Below are positions 9,793-19,014 of a stretch of 64,000 nucleotides of DNA, in pieces; position 1 is the first letter of the stretch; each line of letters begins with the position of its first letter. The translations under genes were made by a program, and so were the position numbers. The notes beneath the pieces were generated by a model. The model made no database searches, was not told the origin of the DNA, and saw nothing but the letters and a program-made list of their open reading frames with translations. Origin of the DNA: Clostridia bacterium (GTDB lineage: Bacteria > Bacillota > Clostridia > Christensenellales > CAG-138); the NCBI GenBank assembly GCA_017525875.1, contig JAFXSG010000001.1, positions 77,699-141,698 of the forward strand, read 5' to 3'.

Positions 9793-10086
9793 TCATCCTT
9801 TCTGCTCATCGGAGAGCAAATAGTTTAGTCCTGCCATCTGCTTGATGAAATCCTCGATCACGGTGCGCAGCGCTTCGCGGTCATCGACCTCGAACTCTGC
9901 TTCGACAGCGGCAATAAGCTGCTCCGTGTCCGCCCCTTTCTCAAGCTGTTTCCACAGGAACGCGGAGGGTTCGTTGATCTGTGTGACGTACGGGCAAAGG
10001 TTCGTCAGGGAGCTCGCCGCAACGAGTATATTCTCGCCGCAGATATCGGTCAGCACTATGCCGGGTCTTGTTCTGTACTTAACCAT
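9793..10086 (-). CDS. PqqD-family protein / RiPP recognition element
   Basis: 97 aa with DICGENILV, INEPSAFLWKQL and EFEVD..IEDFIKQM..LL pattern typical of PqqD. Confidence 0.85.
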   Translation of the reverse strand: MVKYRTRPGIVLTDICGENILVAASSLTNLCPYVTQINEPSAFLWKQLEKGADTEQLIAAVEAEFEVDDREALRTVIEDFIKQMAGLNYLLSDEQKG

Positions 10087-10819
10087 TCGCGCCTCCTTCT
10101 CGGTTCCCTATAATAAACGCACGAAGAATCTCCGTGGATGGATCATCGCCCTTGTTGATGAATTTCGCAAGCTTGCCGGCGCCGATCAAGCGGTCCATGA
10201 CCTTTGCAAGCGCACGGATCTCAGTCTCCGTCCCGGGCGTAACGATGGCCTGATTGAAAAACGGGATCACAGCTTCCCTCGGTTCAAGCGGTTCGAGCCT
10301 GTTTTCACCGCCCTGCTCAAGCAGTATGACGCCGCCGAGCGGAGCGCGAAGGTCCTTGTTTCCGAAGTTCTCCTTGCCGCACCACGGCGTGGAATGGATC
10401 ATCACCGTGCCGTCTTCCCGCGGTTCGATCACGGGCATATCGCCTGTGATCATTTCGATCTCACCGGGGTGCAGTTGGCACCAGTTCAAAAACTGAGTGG
10501 TCTTCCCCGTACCGCTCGGAGCGGCAAGCAGCCATGCCTTGCCTTTGCAAACGAACGCTGCGGAATGAAAAATGCAGCAGCCCCATTTGAGCAAATGTCT
10601 TGATGTCAGCTCGATCAGCAGGCGGTACTCAACGTAATCGTCCCTGTACTCCGGCAAAAGCTTCCGTCCGGTCTCCATCAGCTCGGGCGTGGCGCAAATG
10701 TCAAACTCCTCCCCGGCCACCGGGCGGATATAGGAGCGAAAATTCAGCCACGTCCTCCTGCAGAGGAACGAATACCGCACCTCATGCCCCGCATATTCAA
10801 CTGCAAAGACCCTTTTCAT
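10079..10819 (-). CDS. HPr-kinase-like P-loop kinase (RiPP-cassette type)
   Basis: FHSAAF, Walker A APSGTGKTT, ITGDMPVI and TPWCGKE motifs. Confidence 0.8.
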   Translation of the reverse strand: MKRVFAVEYAGHEVRYSFLCRRTWLNFRSYIRPVAGEEFDICATPELMETGRKLLPEYRDDYVEYRLLIELTSRHLLKWGCCIFHSAAFVCKGKAWLLAAPSGTGKTTQFLNWCQLHPGEIEMITGDMPVIEPREDGTVMIHSTPWCGKENFGNKDLRAPLGGVILLEQGGENRLEPLEPREAVIPFFNQAIVTPGTETEIRALAKVMDRLIGAGKLAKFINKGDDPSTEILRAFIIGNREGGANG

Positions 10820-10857
10820 CTATTTTATTATACACGGTGCGTTTACCTTGTCAAGAA

Positions 10858-10888
10858 GAAAAGCGCGGAGGCTTGCTCCGCGCTTTTG
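10858..10888 (-). terminator. Hairpin/terminator after the precursor-like gene
   Basis: AAAAGCGCGGAG-gcttg-CTCCGCGCTTTT perfect stem. Confidence 0.8.
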
Positions 10889-10906
10889 CTTGTTGGTTCA
10901 GATGAG

Positions 10907-11224
10907 TTACCACTGATAGGGCACAACGTAGATGCCAAAATCCTCTTCGCTGTAACCAAGGGCTTTCCACTGAGCGAGGCTGTAATCGCAGTCCGCAAAC
11001 CACATGCCGTAGTCGTACATATCGGGCTGGCCGGACGTACCCTTGTCGTTCTGTTGATCGTAGAACTGCCAAAGGTTATCCGGGTGAGTAGCCCAAGCGT
11101 TAAAGTTCATCGGCAGGTCGTTGTTACCCAGACCGTCCTGAGCAGTACCGCCGCCGATGACGCCGGTAGGCGAGGGACTGGCTTCGAATACGATACCGGG
11201 GATACCGAATTTATTCTTGCTCAT
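10907..11224 (-). CDS. 105-aa hypothetical protein, candidate RiPP-like precursor
   Basis: RBS AGAGGTGG; N-terminal MSKNKFGIPGIVF followed by SPSPTGVIGGGTAQ and an Asp/Trp/Tyr-rich C-terminal half; lies upstream of the kinase and RRE. Confidence 0.65.
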   Translation of the reverse strand: MSKNKFGIPGIVFEASPSPTGVIGGGTAQDGLGNNDLPMNFNAWATHPDNLWQFYDQQNDKGTSGQPDMYDYGMWFADCDYSLAQWKALGYSEEDFGIYVVPYQW

Positions 11225-11244
11225 GTATTTCCACCTCTTTCTGA

Positions 11245-14200
11245 TCAGTTCCACTTGGTAACTGAATAGTTGGCAACAGAGTCGGACTGGGACGCAATAC
11301 CAACGGAGTTGATGTTATCGAGGCCCTGATACGTCCTGATCGCATAACCGGTGACCCTGAGGCCGTCCGGCGTTACCCAGTACTGAGCAACGGTGTCGCC
11401 GTTATTCAGCAGATTCACAACGGGCTGGCCGTTGCTGCCGTGGTTGATAACGGTCAGATAGTTCAGATAGCCCCTCGTGCGGAACAGGCTCGTTGCGGTC
11501 AGCGTCTGAGAGCTGTCGCCGTGCGTGGTCGTCACCGTAAGGGATCTGACGATATGCTCTGCAGCGTCATTAGCGGACTTAACGACGTAACCGGTCTCCA
11601 GATAATCGGTGTAGGACAGGTCAACGTCGGAGATCAGCCACGCGGTGGAGATGCTGCCGCTGGCAAGGTAGTAGGTGTAGTGCAGGTAAGGCCTCAGGTA
11701 CTTGTCGGCCGGGACCTCCTTGATGTAGTAGGTCGTGCCGGCAACGGGATTCAGCTCGGTGCCGTAGTCGGCATTGTCAGCCTGCTTGTAAGGCACTGCG
11801 GTCCACTTGACGTTATAGCCGTTGTAGGCCTTTGCTGCGGTGCCGTTCACGGGAGCGTCCTGCTTCTGCTGTGCCCAGGAAGCGTCCTTAACGAGCTCGC
11901 CGTTGTTCCAGGAGACGTTAACGTCATCCCAGGTCATGACCTTTGCGCCGTCTTCCTGAGTGAACTGACCGCTGACGCCGTCATAGTACTTGTAGTAACC
12001 GGCGTAGAGGTAGTTCTCCGTGGTGCTGCCGGCGAGGTCGTAGGTGCCGTCCTTAGTGGTGCGGACGATCTTCTCGACCTGGTTGGTGCCGGAATGGTAG
12101 ACGTAGAACACGCTTGCCCAGACGGCGTACATGCCGTGGTAGGGCATGATCTCGTCCGCGGCGACTGCGGTGGCGGGCTTCCACTCGTCACCGAACTTCG
12201 CGAGGAAGTAGCCGTGGGTCTCGCCCTCAGTGGGGTAGACGTACTTAAGGAACAGGTCGTCCTCGTTCAGATCGCGGACCTTCGTATAATCCGGGTTCGC
12301 AACCTGCTGATGAGTATCGGGATCCTCGATAGTGGGCATAAACTCGGTGCCGATGTTGCCGTTCGTATCGCTGATCGGGATCCTTGCCCAGCCGAGGAAC
12401 ACGTGGTCTTCCCAAACGAGGTTGTCGTCGTCGCCCCAGATGAGCTCGTCGGCCTTGGCGCCGCCAGGGGTGGTGGTATCCGCCTCGGGATACTCGATAG
12501 CGATGGTCTCGTTCATGATGACGTCGGTGGAGTTCTTGTAATCACCGGTGTTGTTGTTCGCGTGCCAGGTGATGTGGGTCTTCTCCTGGATGACCCTCGG
12601 GCCGTAGGTCGCGCGGAGCGTTACGGTGTAAGTCTTGGTGACGGTCTTCGAATAGGTCGCGTAAACGACGAGGTTCGAAGTGATTTCGGAGAAGTCCTTA
12701 TCCCAACCGGTGAAGTTGTAGCCGGGACGGGTGGGATCGGCGGGCGCAGAAGCGCTTTCACCCTCGGCAACGGTCTGGGTGCTGAGCACGCGGCCGTTCC
12801 AATCCTTGAAGGTGACGAGGTAGTGACCGGCCTGCTGGAACTCATAATACGCGGTGAACGTCAGATCCTCGGTGACCGTGGTGTAGTTAGCGGGATCGGG
12901 ATTCCAGCGGACGAAGTAGTAGTTCTCGTTGCTGTGGTCGGGCGTGGCGGGAGTCGCGGGCATCGCGCCGCCGTCCTCGACTTCATAGGCATGAATGATG
13001 CTTTCGGTATAGCCGTCGACAAACGTCACGGTGTGCGGAACGGCAACCTGCTCCTCGACCCACTCCTTGTGGTAGAGCTGGACGTATTCACTGGAAGAAT
13101 GCTCCGTGAACACACCCATGTAGTTGCCGGTACCGCCGGCAGAAGCATACTCCGCGTACATCGTCGTTCCGTTGACGGAACGCGTCAGGGTCTTGTTGGC
13201 CGAATTCCAGACCCAGTTTGTAGCATAAGTGTTCGAAGTGTCGGGATACAGATCGTTATATCCCGTGCTGGAGTAAGTCCTGAGGTAATAGTTGGAGTTG
13301 CTGCCACTCGTGATAGTACCGCCTGTGGTCGTAGAGAAGGTCCAGGTGCAGTAATCAAGATTGGTCGCGTTGCCGGTAACGCCGGTAACGATCTCGCCGT
13401 CCCTGATCGCTACGCCGGTATAGCCGAGGTAATTACTACTGTTATTATAATAGTAGTGGTTGGTCGCTGTTTCGTTGTAGTTGACCGCAAGATAAACGGT
13501 ATCGCCTACGACAAAGCCGATCAGGTAATCGTCATCGGGAACGATAGTGGTGACGGGCTTCCACTCATAGTGACCTTCGCCCTGCGAGGAGTTCTGCTCA
13601 TACTGAGCGGTGACCGTGAGGTTGGAGGTGACGTTCGAGAAGTCGACGTCCCAACCGGTGAAGGTGTAGCCGGCGCGGGAGGGATCCGCGGGAGCGGTCG
13701 CAGCCTGGCCCTCGGTGACGGTCTGAGTCTTCAGAACGGTGCCGTCCCAATCCTGGAAGGTGACGGTGTAGGTGGCAGCAGCGTTCTTCGTGTAGGTGAC
13801 GGTGACCTCAACGTCCGAAGTGCCCATGGTGCCGGATACGGTCGTCTGGCTCGGCGTGTAGCCGGTGATGGACGGAACGGTTACGCTGTAGTCTTCGCCC
13901 TGAGCGACCTGCGAGTTATGCGCAGTGGGAGCGGTGGTGCCGTCTGCCATCACGTAGTTGACCGTGAGGTTATAAGCGCGGGCGTAGATGCTGATGGCGT
14001 CGGCAGAACTTGCCTTAGCAACAGAATAGTCATAATAATCGGTGCTGGATGTATCCAAGTACAGGTAGTAATAGCCACCCGCCTCCACCTGGTTATTAAA
14101 GCGACGGCTGCTGTCGTACAGCCATGCTAAAGCCGTCGACGATGTGGTAAGGTAACCGTCATCATAATCAGTAAGGTCAAGATATTCACTATTTGCAACA

Positions 14201-17200
14201 TTTCGCCACGTATAGCCATTGGCTGCATTGCCACCTGCGACCCAAGTTACATCGTTGACAGAATCTGCGGGAACGGCGATAGTATCGCCGGTTTTTGTTA
14301 CAACAACGGCAAGCAGCCAGCTCTTGCTTGCATTACCTGAATCAGACCCGTCTGCATTAAATGAATTAGGAGTATGATCCTTCGAAAGAGCGTAAGCATC
14401 GGCGGCATCCGAAACGATAACGTAGGGAACGCCGACAACGGGAGCGTCGACCTTCTTGTAGGTCACGGTCTCGTCAGAACCGGAGCCGCTGTCGTCCTGA
14501 ACGTAGAGCTTGACTGTAACGTCGTTGCCGGAGGTTGTTGTGACCGCACGCATATTATTACCGCCGTCGTAGCTGTAATATGAAGCGTACTTGTTGTTAT
14601 TGTACCTTAAAGTGTTAGCTGAGGCATTCCATGTCCAATTATAACTGGGTTCGGAACGATCGGGATACAAGTCAACGTAGCTGCCGGCAGAAGCATATAG
14701 ATACCTGCTGCCGTATACGCTGGTGATGTTGCCGCCGGTGGTGCTTGAGAAATTCCACTGGCAGTACTGCAGATCGGTCGCATTGCCGGATACGCCTACG
14801 ATCTTGCCGCCGTTGAATACAGCGGGAGCGGTATAGCCGTAATAGTTATAGTTGCTATCGGAAACATAGTATCTTGCATTGCCGGATTGAGACGCGTTAT
14901 AGCTGACCATCAGGTAAACCGTGCCGTCGACCTCAAAGCCGATCAGGTAGGTCTTGCTGGTATCGATGGTAGTATCGGTGTACTCGACCCAGGTCTCGCC
15001 GGCCTTGGTATCGACGGAGGTGCTCCTGGTGCCGTATACGGGGTTCAGCGTGATGGTGCCTTCCACCGCGTACTGAGCGTCGACCTCGAAATCCTGGCCG
15101 GGATGCTTGTAGATGCCGGTGCCATTGCCGTTCTTATCGAGGATCTCCCAATAGAGGAACTGCCAATCCTTGGGGATATCCGGAGTGGAGGCGGTGCGGG
15201 TATAGGCGGTCGCCTTGTCCATGTAGCGGAGCGGATCCTCCCAGTAGGTGGGGGTGCCGTCCAGCTCGGCGAAGGTGCCGGTATGGCCGGCCACGTTCTC
15301 CTGCTCAATGGCATTGTACCTGACGGTGATGCCGTTGGCGCCGGAAAGGACCTTACGCCACTTGGCGTAAATGACGACCTTCTTGGTGATCCAGGGACGG
15401 TTGATATCGCCATTGGTGCCGTTGGACTCGGTGGGTTCGGTCTTGGGATAGTTCACCGCGATTTCGTCATTCAGACGAGTGGCGAAGTTGTAGGGCTCCG
15501 TGCAGGCCTCGTCAATGTACCAGCCGACAAGGACGTAGTTGCCGTTCGCGTCGCTGGCTTCGATGGGCTGACCGTCGGAGATCTGGCCGAGGTAATCCAC
15601 GCGGAAGTTCATCGCCTGGCTCGATTCCGCCCACTGGACCTGGAAATTGGGATCGGAGGGGAGGTTGGGCTCAAGGAACACGCGGTACTGGCGCTTGATG
15701 AACTTGGCATAAACCGTTACGCCGTTAAGAGGCATGGTCTTGCCGGTGAAATCATAGGCGGTGGTGCAGCCGGGGTCGACGTACCAGCCGTCGAAGATGA
15801 AGCTTTCATCCGTGAAATCGCCCGCGGAGATCGGATCGTAGTAGTTGGCGCCGCCGACCTTGTAGGAATCGATGGAAGCCTCGTAGTAGATAGTCGGGGA
15901 CTGCTTGAGCTGACCGGCCATCGGGCCGTCTACGGCGTTGCCGTTGCCGTCCGCATATTTGCCGACCATGTAGTGGATGCGGTACTTGTTGCGGGTGTAA
16001 CGGAACTGGATACCGCCCTCTGTGGCGTTCCAACGTATAAGCTCATGACGGGTATTGCCTTCATACTCAACGCCGGTGCCATATTCAAACCAATCCGTCC
16101 AACCATCAACAGCAGTATGGGATTCGGGGTTTACAAGGTTGTCGCCGTTATACTCCGTACCGGTCGTATAAGTAGTAACACCGGAAGGAAGGTTGATCCT
16201 GAATACGGAACGTGTGAAGCCCTGGAAGCTCCTGAATACCATGCCGTTGCCAGTCTGAGTGGGGATCGTGTAGTTCGCGGACGCAGGCCAATTGCCATTT
16301 TCGTCCATCAGGAAATGGTAGACGTTGGTATTGAAGTTTTCAGAACGGCCGTAGAAGTCGGTATGGTAAACGTCTGCGGGATCCTCATTCGCACTCTGGC
16401 CGAAAGTATCTTCAATACTGGTAAAGGTGCTGCCTGAGGCCGAATTGAACCAACGGTAGTCGGTCGGCCAGGTATAACCCGCTGTTACCAAGCGCTGGCC
16501 GTAAAGACCCGAGAAGGTCGTTCTTTCGCCATAGTTCGGAACATAGATCGAGCTGCTCGAGGAAGATACACGCCTGTAGACCGTTAACGAGGAATTGTAT
16601 TCCATCCAGTACGTAGAGCCATTATACGTAAAGTAATAATCGTAATAACTCGAAGAATACGTCAGCGCGTAGAAAGTGTTGTCGATCAGCACGAAGTACG
16701 TATTGGAAGAAGTACTTGTCAGGCTGCCGGGCCATACATAGTATCCATAGGTACCGGCCGAATTGTGGTTGGTAATAGGATAGTATGTACCGTTCTCATA
16801 GTAATAATAGACGCCGGATGAAAAATTGACGCTGGTAGCTCTGGAGTAGCCGGTGGGGATGAGGAAGGTGTAAGTGACCAACTCACGATCCCAATAGAGG
16901 TTGACTACCGTGGAGCCGTTGGGAAGCACCGTGGTGTTGTTGGCAGTCACGCCGCCGCCAATGGTGACGTAGCCGCTGCCCGAAGCTGCCTGATGAGTGC
17001 TGTTGTATTTGAATCCGAAGAAGTTATTCCAAGTACCGGAACCGTCGGGCTTGGTATTGATGCCATATTCGCTGGTATCACTATCCACGGTGTAGGTGTG
17101 AGTGGTTTTGAAATAACTCAGATCGAGAGCGGAAACGTTCGTATTCGGCGCGGCGTTCAGCGTGGTGGAGAACGCATAGTCGTAGGTCTTGTTGGCTTCC

Positions 17201-18639
17201 GCCGCGTTCTTATCGTCGTTAACGCTCTGCTTCCAGACGATAAGGGTATAGGGAACGGAGGACTTCAGAGTCCACTTGGCGTAGACCGTGGTATCCTGGG
17301 AGATCGTTCCTGTGAAGCTGAACTGGTTGGACCAGGTGCCGTTGGCATAGGTGGTGTACCAGCCGCCGAAATCATAGCCCGCGAGCTCGGGATTGGGGGT
17401 GGGCCTTGCATTCGAGGGGATGTTGCCGTGCGGGCAGAAAATGGGAGCGTTATAGGTAGCGCCCTTGAAGTTTCCGCCGGGGTTCTCCTCGAAAGTCAGC
17501 CAATAGCCCTGCTGCACCTGCGCACGCAGCGTGGTGAGGGTATTGGTGATGGTGACTTCCGAATTGTTCTGGTAAACGGTATCGTCGCCGTCGTCCTTCT
17601 GCCAGCCGGTGAAGCGGTAGCCCTGCTCCTCGGGAGTGTACAGATGGTAAATGGTGTAGTTGATGGAGTTATCCTTGGAGAAGATGGTCTGGAAATCGAG
17701 GGTGGTCGCACCGTTCTCATCGACGTATGCAACGTTGAAATACTTGTAGACCATCGCGTATACGTCGAAGGTCTGTCCCTCGGTGACGGGGCTTGCAAGG
17801 CGAGTCCTTACCTGAGCGCGGATATAGTCGATGGTGTGCTGACCGTCGATATCGGCAGTGGTGTAGGCGTTGCCGACGGACCAGCCGCAGAACATCTCGC
17901 CCTCGTTGACTTCGGGAAGCTCGGGGTCTTCGATGATCGTGCCGAGGATGTCGATATCGCGCTGAGTGACGTTGACTACGTACGCGGGCTCGGTATCGTC
18001 GTCATGATAGAAGAAGCGAACCTGCAGACGGGCATTTTCGCCGGTGGCGTCGCCGATGACCGCGTAAACGGAGAAGTCCTCCGCGTCGAAGGTGATGGTC
18101 TGGCCGCTGACGTAGAACTGTTCGACGACCTCCATCTCGGCGGTATCGATCTCATCCGCGCCGCCCTTGAAGTGGACAAGGCGGATATTCTCGAGGTTGG
18201 CGATGACGCTGTTGTCGAGGATGACCGTGACCGGCTTTCTGGGGTCGACTTCTTCACCGTTGTTGATGAAGTTGATGTCGACCGCGGTGAAAACGTGGCC
18301 GCGCTCGTCGGACGCTGCGTTGAACGCGTCCTGAACCGCGTCGAGATCCGCAATGGTCACGACGTCGAGCTCGGTGTCGGCGGGCAGAGCGCCTCTGGGT
18401 GCGTCGACGTGCACTGAAGTGCCGCCAAGCACGTTGTCTTCCATTGACTGCGCAGGATAGGTGGGCTTGAACTGGTCGGCGATGGGCTTGGCGATCCAGT
18501 CAAGGAAATCCTTGGCAGCTCTGCGGTCATTGCCGTCGGCAGGATTCTGCGCTCCGGTATAAGCCGAAACGGGGAACGCCGTGACGATCATGATGACGGC
18601 GAGCGCCAGCGCGATGAACTTCGCAAAACGCTGTTTCAA
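11245..18639 (-). CDS. 2464-aa secreted surface protein with InlB-B/Listeria-Bacteroides-type repeats and a MucBP-like module
   Basis: TTG start after AAGGAGG; signal peptide; repeated YTVTF.D....P.DP.R.GY.FTGWD units; no LPXTG, SLH or C-terminal TM seen. Confidence 0.85.
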   Translation of the reverse strand: MKQRFAKFIALALAVIMIVTAFPVSAYTGAQNPADGNDRRAAKDFLDWIAKPIADQFKPTYPAQSMEDNVLGGTSVHVDAPRGALPADTELDVVTIADLDAVQDAFNAASDERGHVFTAVDINFINNGEEVDPRKPVTVILDNSVIANLENIRLVHFKGGADEIDTAEMEVVEQFYVSGQTITFDAEDFSVYAVIGDATGENARLQVRFFYHDDDTEPAYVVNVTQRDIDILGTIIEDPELPEVNEGEMFCGWSVGNAYTTADIDGQHTIDYIRAQVRTRLASPVTEGQTFDVYAMVYKYFNVAYVDENGATTLDFQTIFSKDNSINYTIYHLYTPEEQGYRFTGWQKDDGDDTVYQNNSEVTITNTLTTLRAQVQQGYWLTFEENPGGNFKGATYNAPIFCPHGNIPSNARPTPNPELAGYDFGGWYTTYANGTWSNQFSFTGTISQDTTVYAKWTLKSSVPYTLIVWKQSVNDDKNAAEANKTYDYAFSTTLNAAPNTNVSALDLSYFKTTHTYTVDSDTSEYGINTKPDGSGTWNNFFGFKYNSTHQAASGSGYVTIGGGVTANNTTVLPNGSTVVNLYWDRELVTYTFLIPTGYSRATSVNFSSGVYYYYENGTYYPITNHNSAGTYGYYVWPGSLTSTSSNTYFVLIDNTFYALTYSSSYYDYYFTYNGSTYWMEYNSSLTVYRRVSSSSSSIYVPNYGERTTFSGLYGQRLVTAGYTWPTDYRWFNSASGSTFTSIEDTFGQSANEDPADVYHTDFYGRSENFNTNVYHFLMDENGNWPASANYTIPTQTGNGMVFRSFQGFTRSVFRINLPSGVTTYTTGTEYNGDNLVNPESHTAVDGWTDWFEYGTGVEYEGNTRHELIRWNATEGGIQFRYTRNKYRIHYMVGKYADGNGNAVDGPMAGQLKQSPTIYYEASIDSYKVGGANYYDPISAGDFTDESFIFDGWYVDPGCTTAYDFTGKTMPLNGVTVYAKFIKRQYRVFLEPNLPSDPNFQVQWAESSQAMNFRVDYLGQISDGQPIEASDANGNYVLVGWYIDEACTEPYNFATRLNDEIAVNYPKTEPTESNGTNGDINRPWITKKVVIYAKWRKVLSGANGITVRYNAIEQENVAGHTGTFAELDGTPTYWEDPLRYMDKATAYTRTASTPDIPKDWQFLYWEILDKNGNGTGIYKHPGQDFEVDAQYAVEGTITLNPVYGTRSTSVDTKAGETWVEYTDTTIDTSKTYLIGFEVDGTVYLMVSYNASQSGNARYYVSDSNYNYYGYTAPAVFNGGKIVGVSGNATDLQYCQWNFSSTTGGNITSVYGSRYLYASAGSYVDLYPDRSEPSYNWTWNASANTLRYNNNKYASYYSYDGGNNMRAVTTTSGNDVTVKLYVQDDSGSGSDETVTYKKVDAPVVGVPYVIVSDAADAYALSKDHTPNSFNADGSDSGNASKSWLLAVVVTKTGDTIAVPADSVNDVTWVAGGNAANGYTWRNVANSEYLDLTDYDDGYLTTSSTALAWLYDSSRRFNNQVEAGGYYYLYLDTSSTDYYDYSVAKASSADAISIYARAYNLTVNYVMADGTTAPTAHNSQVAQGEDYSVTVPSITGYTPSQTTVSGTMGTSDVEVTVTYTKNAAATYTVTFQDWDGTVLKTQTVTEGQAATAPADPSRAGYTFTGWDVDFSNVTSNLTVTAQYEQNSSQGEGHYEWKPVTTIVPDDDYLIGFVVGDTVYLAVNYNETATNHYYYNNSSNYLGYTGVAIRDGEIVTGVTGNATNLDYCTWTFSTTTGGTITSGSNSNYYLRTYSSTGYNDLYPDTSNTYATNWVWNSANKTLTRSVNGTTMYAEYASAGGTGNYMGVFTEHSSSEYVQLYHKEWVEEQVAVPHTVTFVDGYTESIIHAYEVEDGGAMPATPATPDHSNENYYFVRWNPDPANYTTVTEDLTFTAYYEFQQAGHYLVTFKDWNGRVLSTQTVAEGESASAPADPTRPGYNFTGWDKDFSEITSNLVVYATYSKTVTKTYTVTLRATYGPRVIQEKTHITWHANNNTGDYKNSTDVIMNETIAIEYPEADTTTPGGAKADELIWGDDDNLVWEDHVFLGWARIPISDTNGNIGTEFMPTIEDPDTHQQVANPDYTKVRDLNEDDLFLKYVYPTEGETHGYFLAKFGDEWKPATAVAADEIMPYHGMYAVWASVFYVYHSGTNQVEKIVRTTKDGTYDLAGSTTENYLYAGYYKYYDGVSGQFTQEDGAKVMTWDDVNVSWNNGELVKDASWAQQKQDAPVNGTAAKAYNGYNVKWTAVPYKQADNADYGTELNPVAGTTYYIKEVPADKYLRPYLHYTYYLASGSISTAWLISDVDLSYTDYLETGYVVKSANDAAEHIVRSLTVTTTHGDSSQTLTATSLFRTRGYLNYLTVINHGSNGQPVVNLLNNGDTVAQYWVTPDGLRVTGYAIRTYQGLDNINSVGIASQSDSVANYSVTKWN
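13070..14990 (-). repeat. Two diverged copies of a roughly 160-aa module within the surface protein
   Basis: YLIGF.V..TVYL.V.YN...GNAT.L.YC.W.FS.TTGG.ITS...DLYPD...NW.WN at about 14500-14990 and 13070-13560. Confidence 0.75.
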
Positions 18640-19014
18640 AATATTCTTCCTCCTTGTGGAAAAATTTTTGTGTTTTACGGGTTTCAGAATGCCTTGTTTT
18701 CATCAATTGCCATAGCAAGGCATAGTAAACCTTATACCAATTCATTTTACTACACACGCATGGCAATGTCAACATTTCAGAGCCAATATATTGATTATAT
18801 TTTCAAAAAACAGGCGGCAGAAAAATCAAGGAAAATATAGAAAAAAAGGTTTACACCGCTTAGGTGCAGCTGCACTCTGAAAAAGCCATGGACAACAGCC
18901 CGGGATCCGCTCAAAACAGAATTACGAATTGTAATATATACCGACAAGACCCGTTTCGCGCAGCCCCGGTCCGGTTGTTGCTTTTTCAACCTGTGTGCTA
19001 TATAATAAGTTAAT

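Noticed and set aside
13070-14990. Diversity-generating retroelement TR/VR pair
   Set aside because: Both copies are coding and broadly diverged rather than adenine-specific, and no RT gene is present.
11440-18417. Long + strand ORFs (896, 516 and 474 aa) opposite the surface protein
   Set aside because: Antisense shadows of a codon-biased GC-rich gene; no motifs or RBS.
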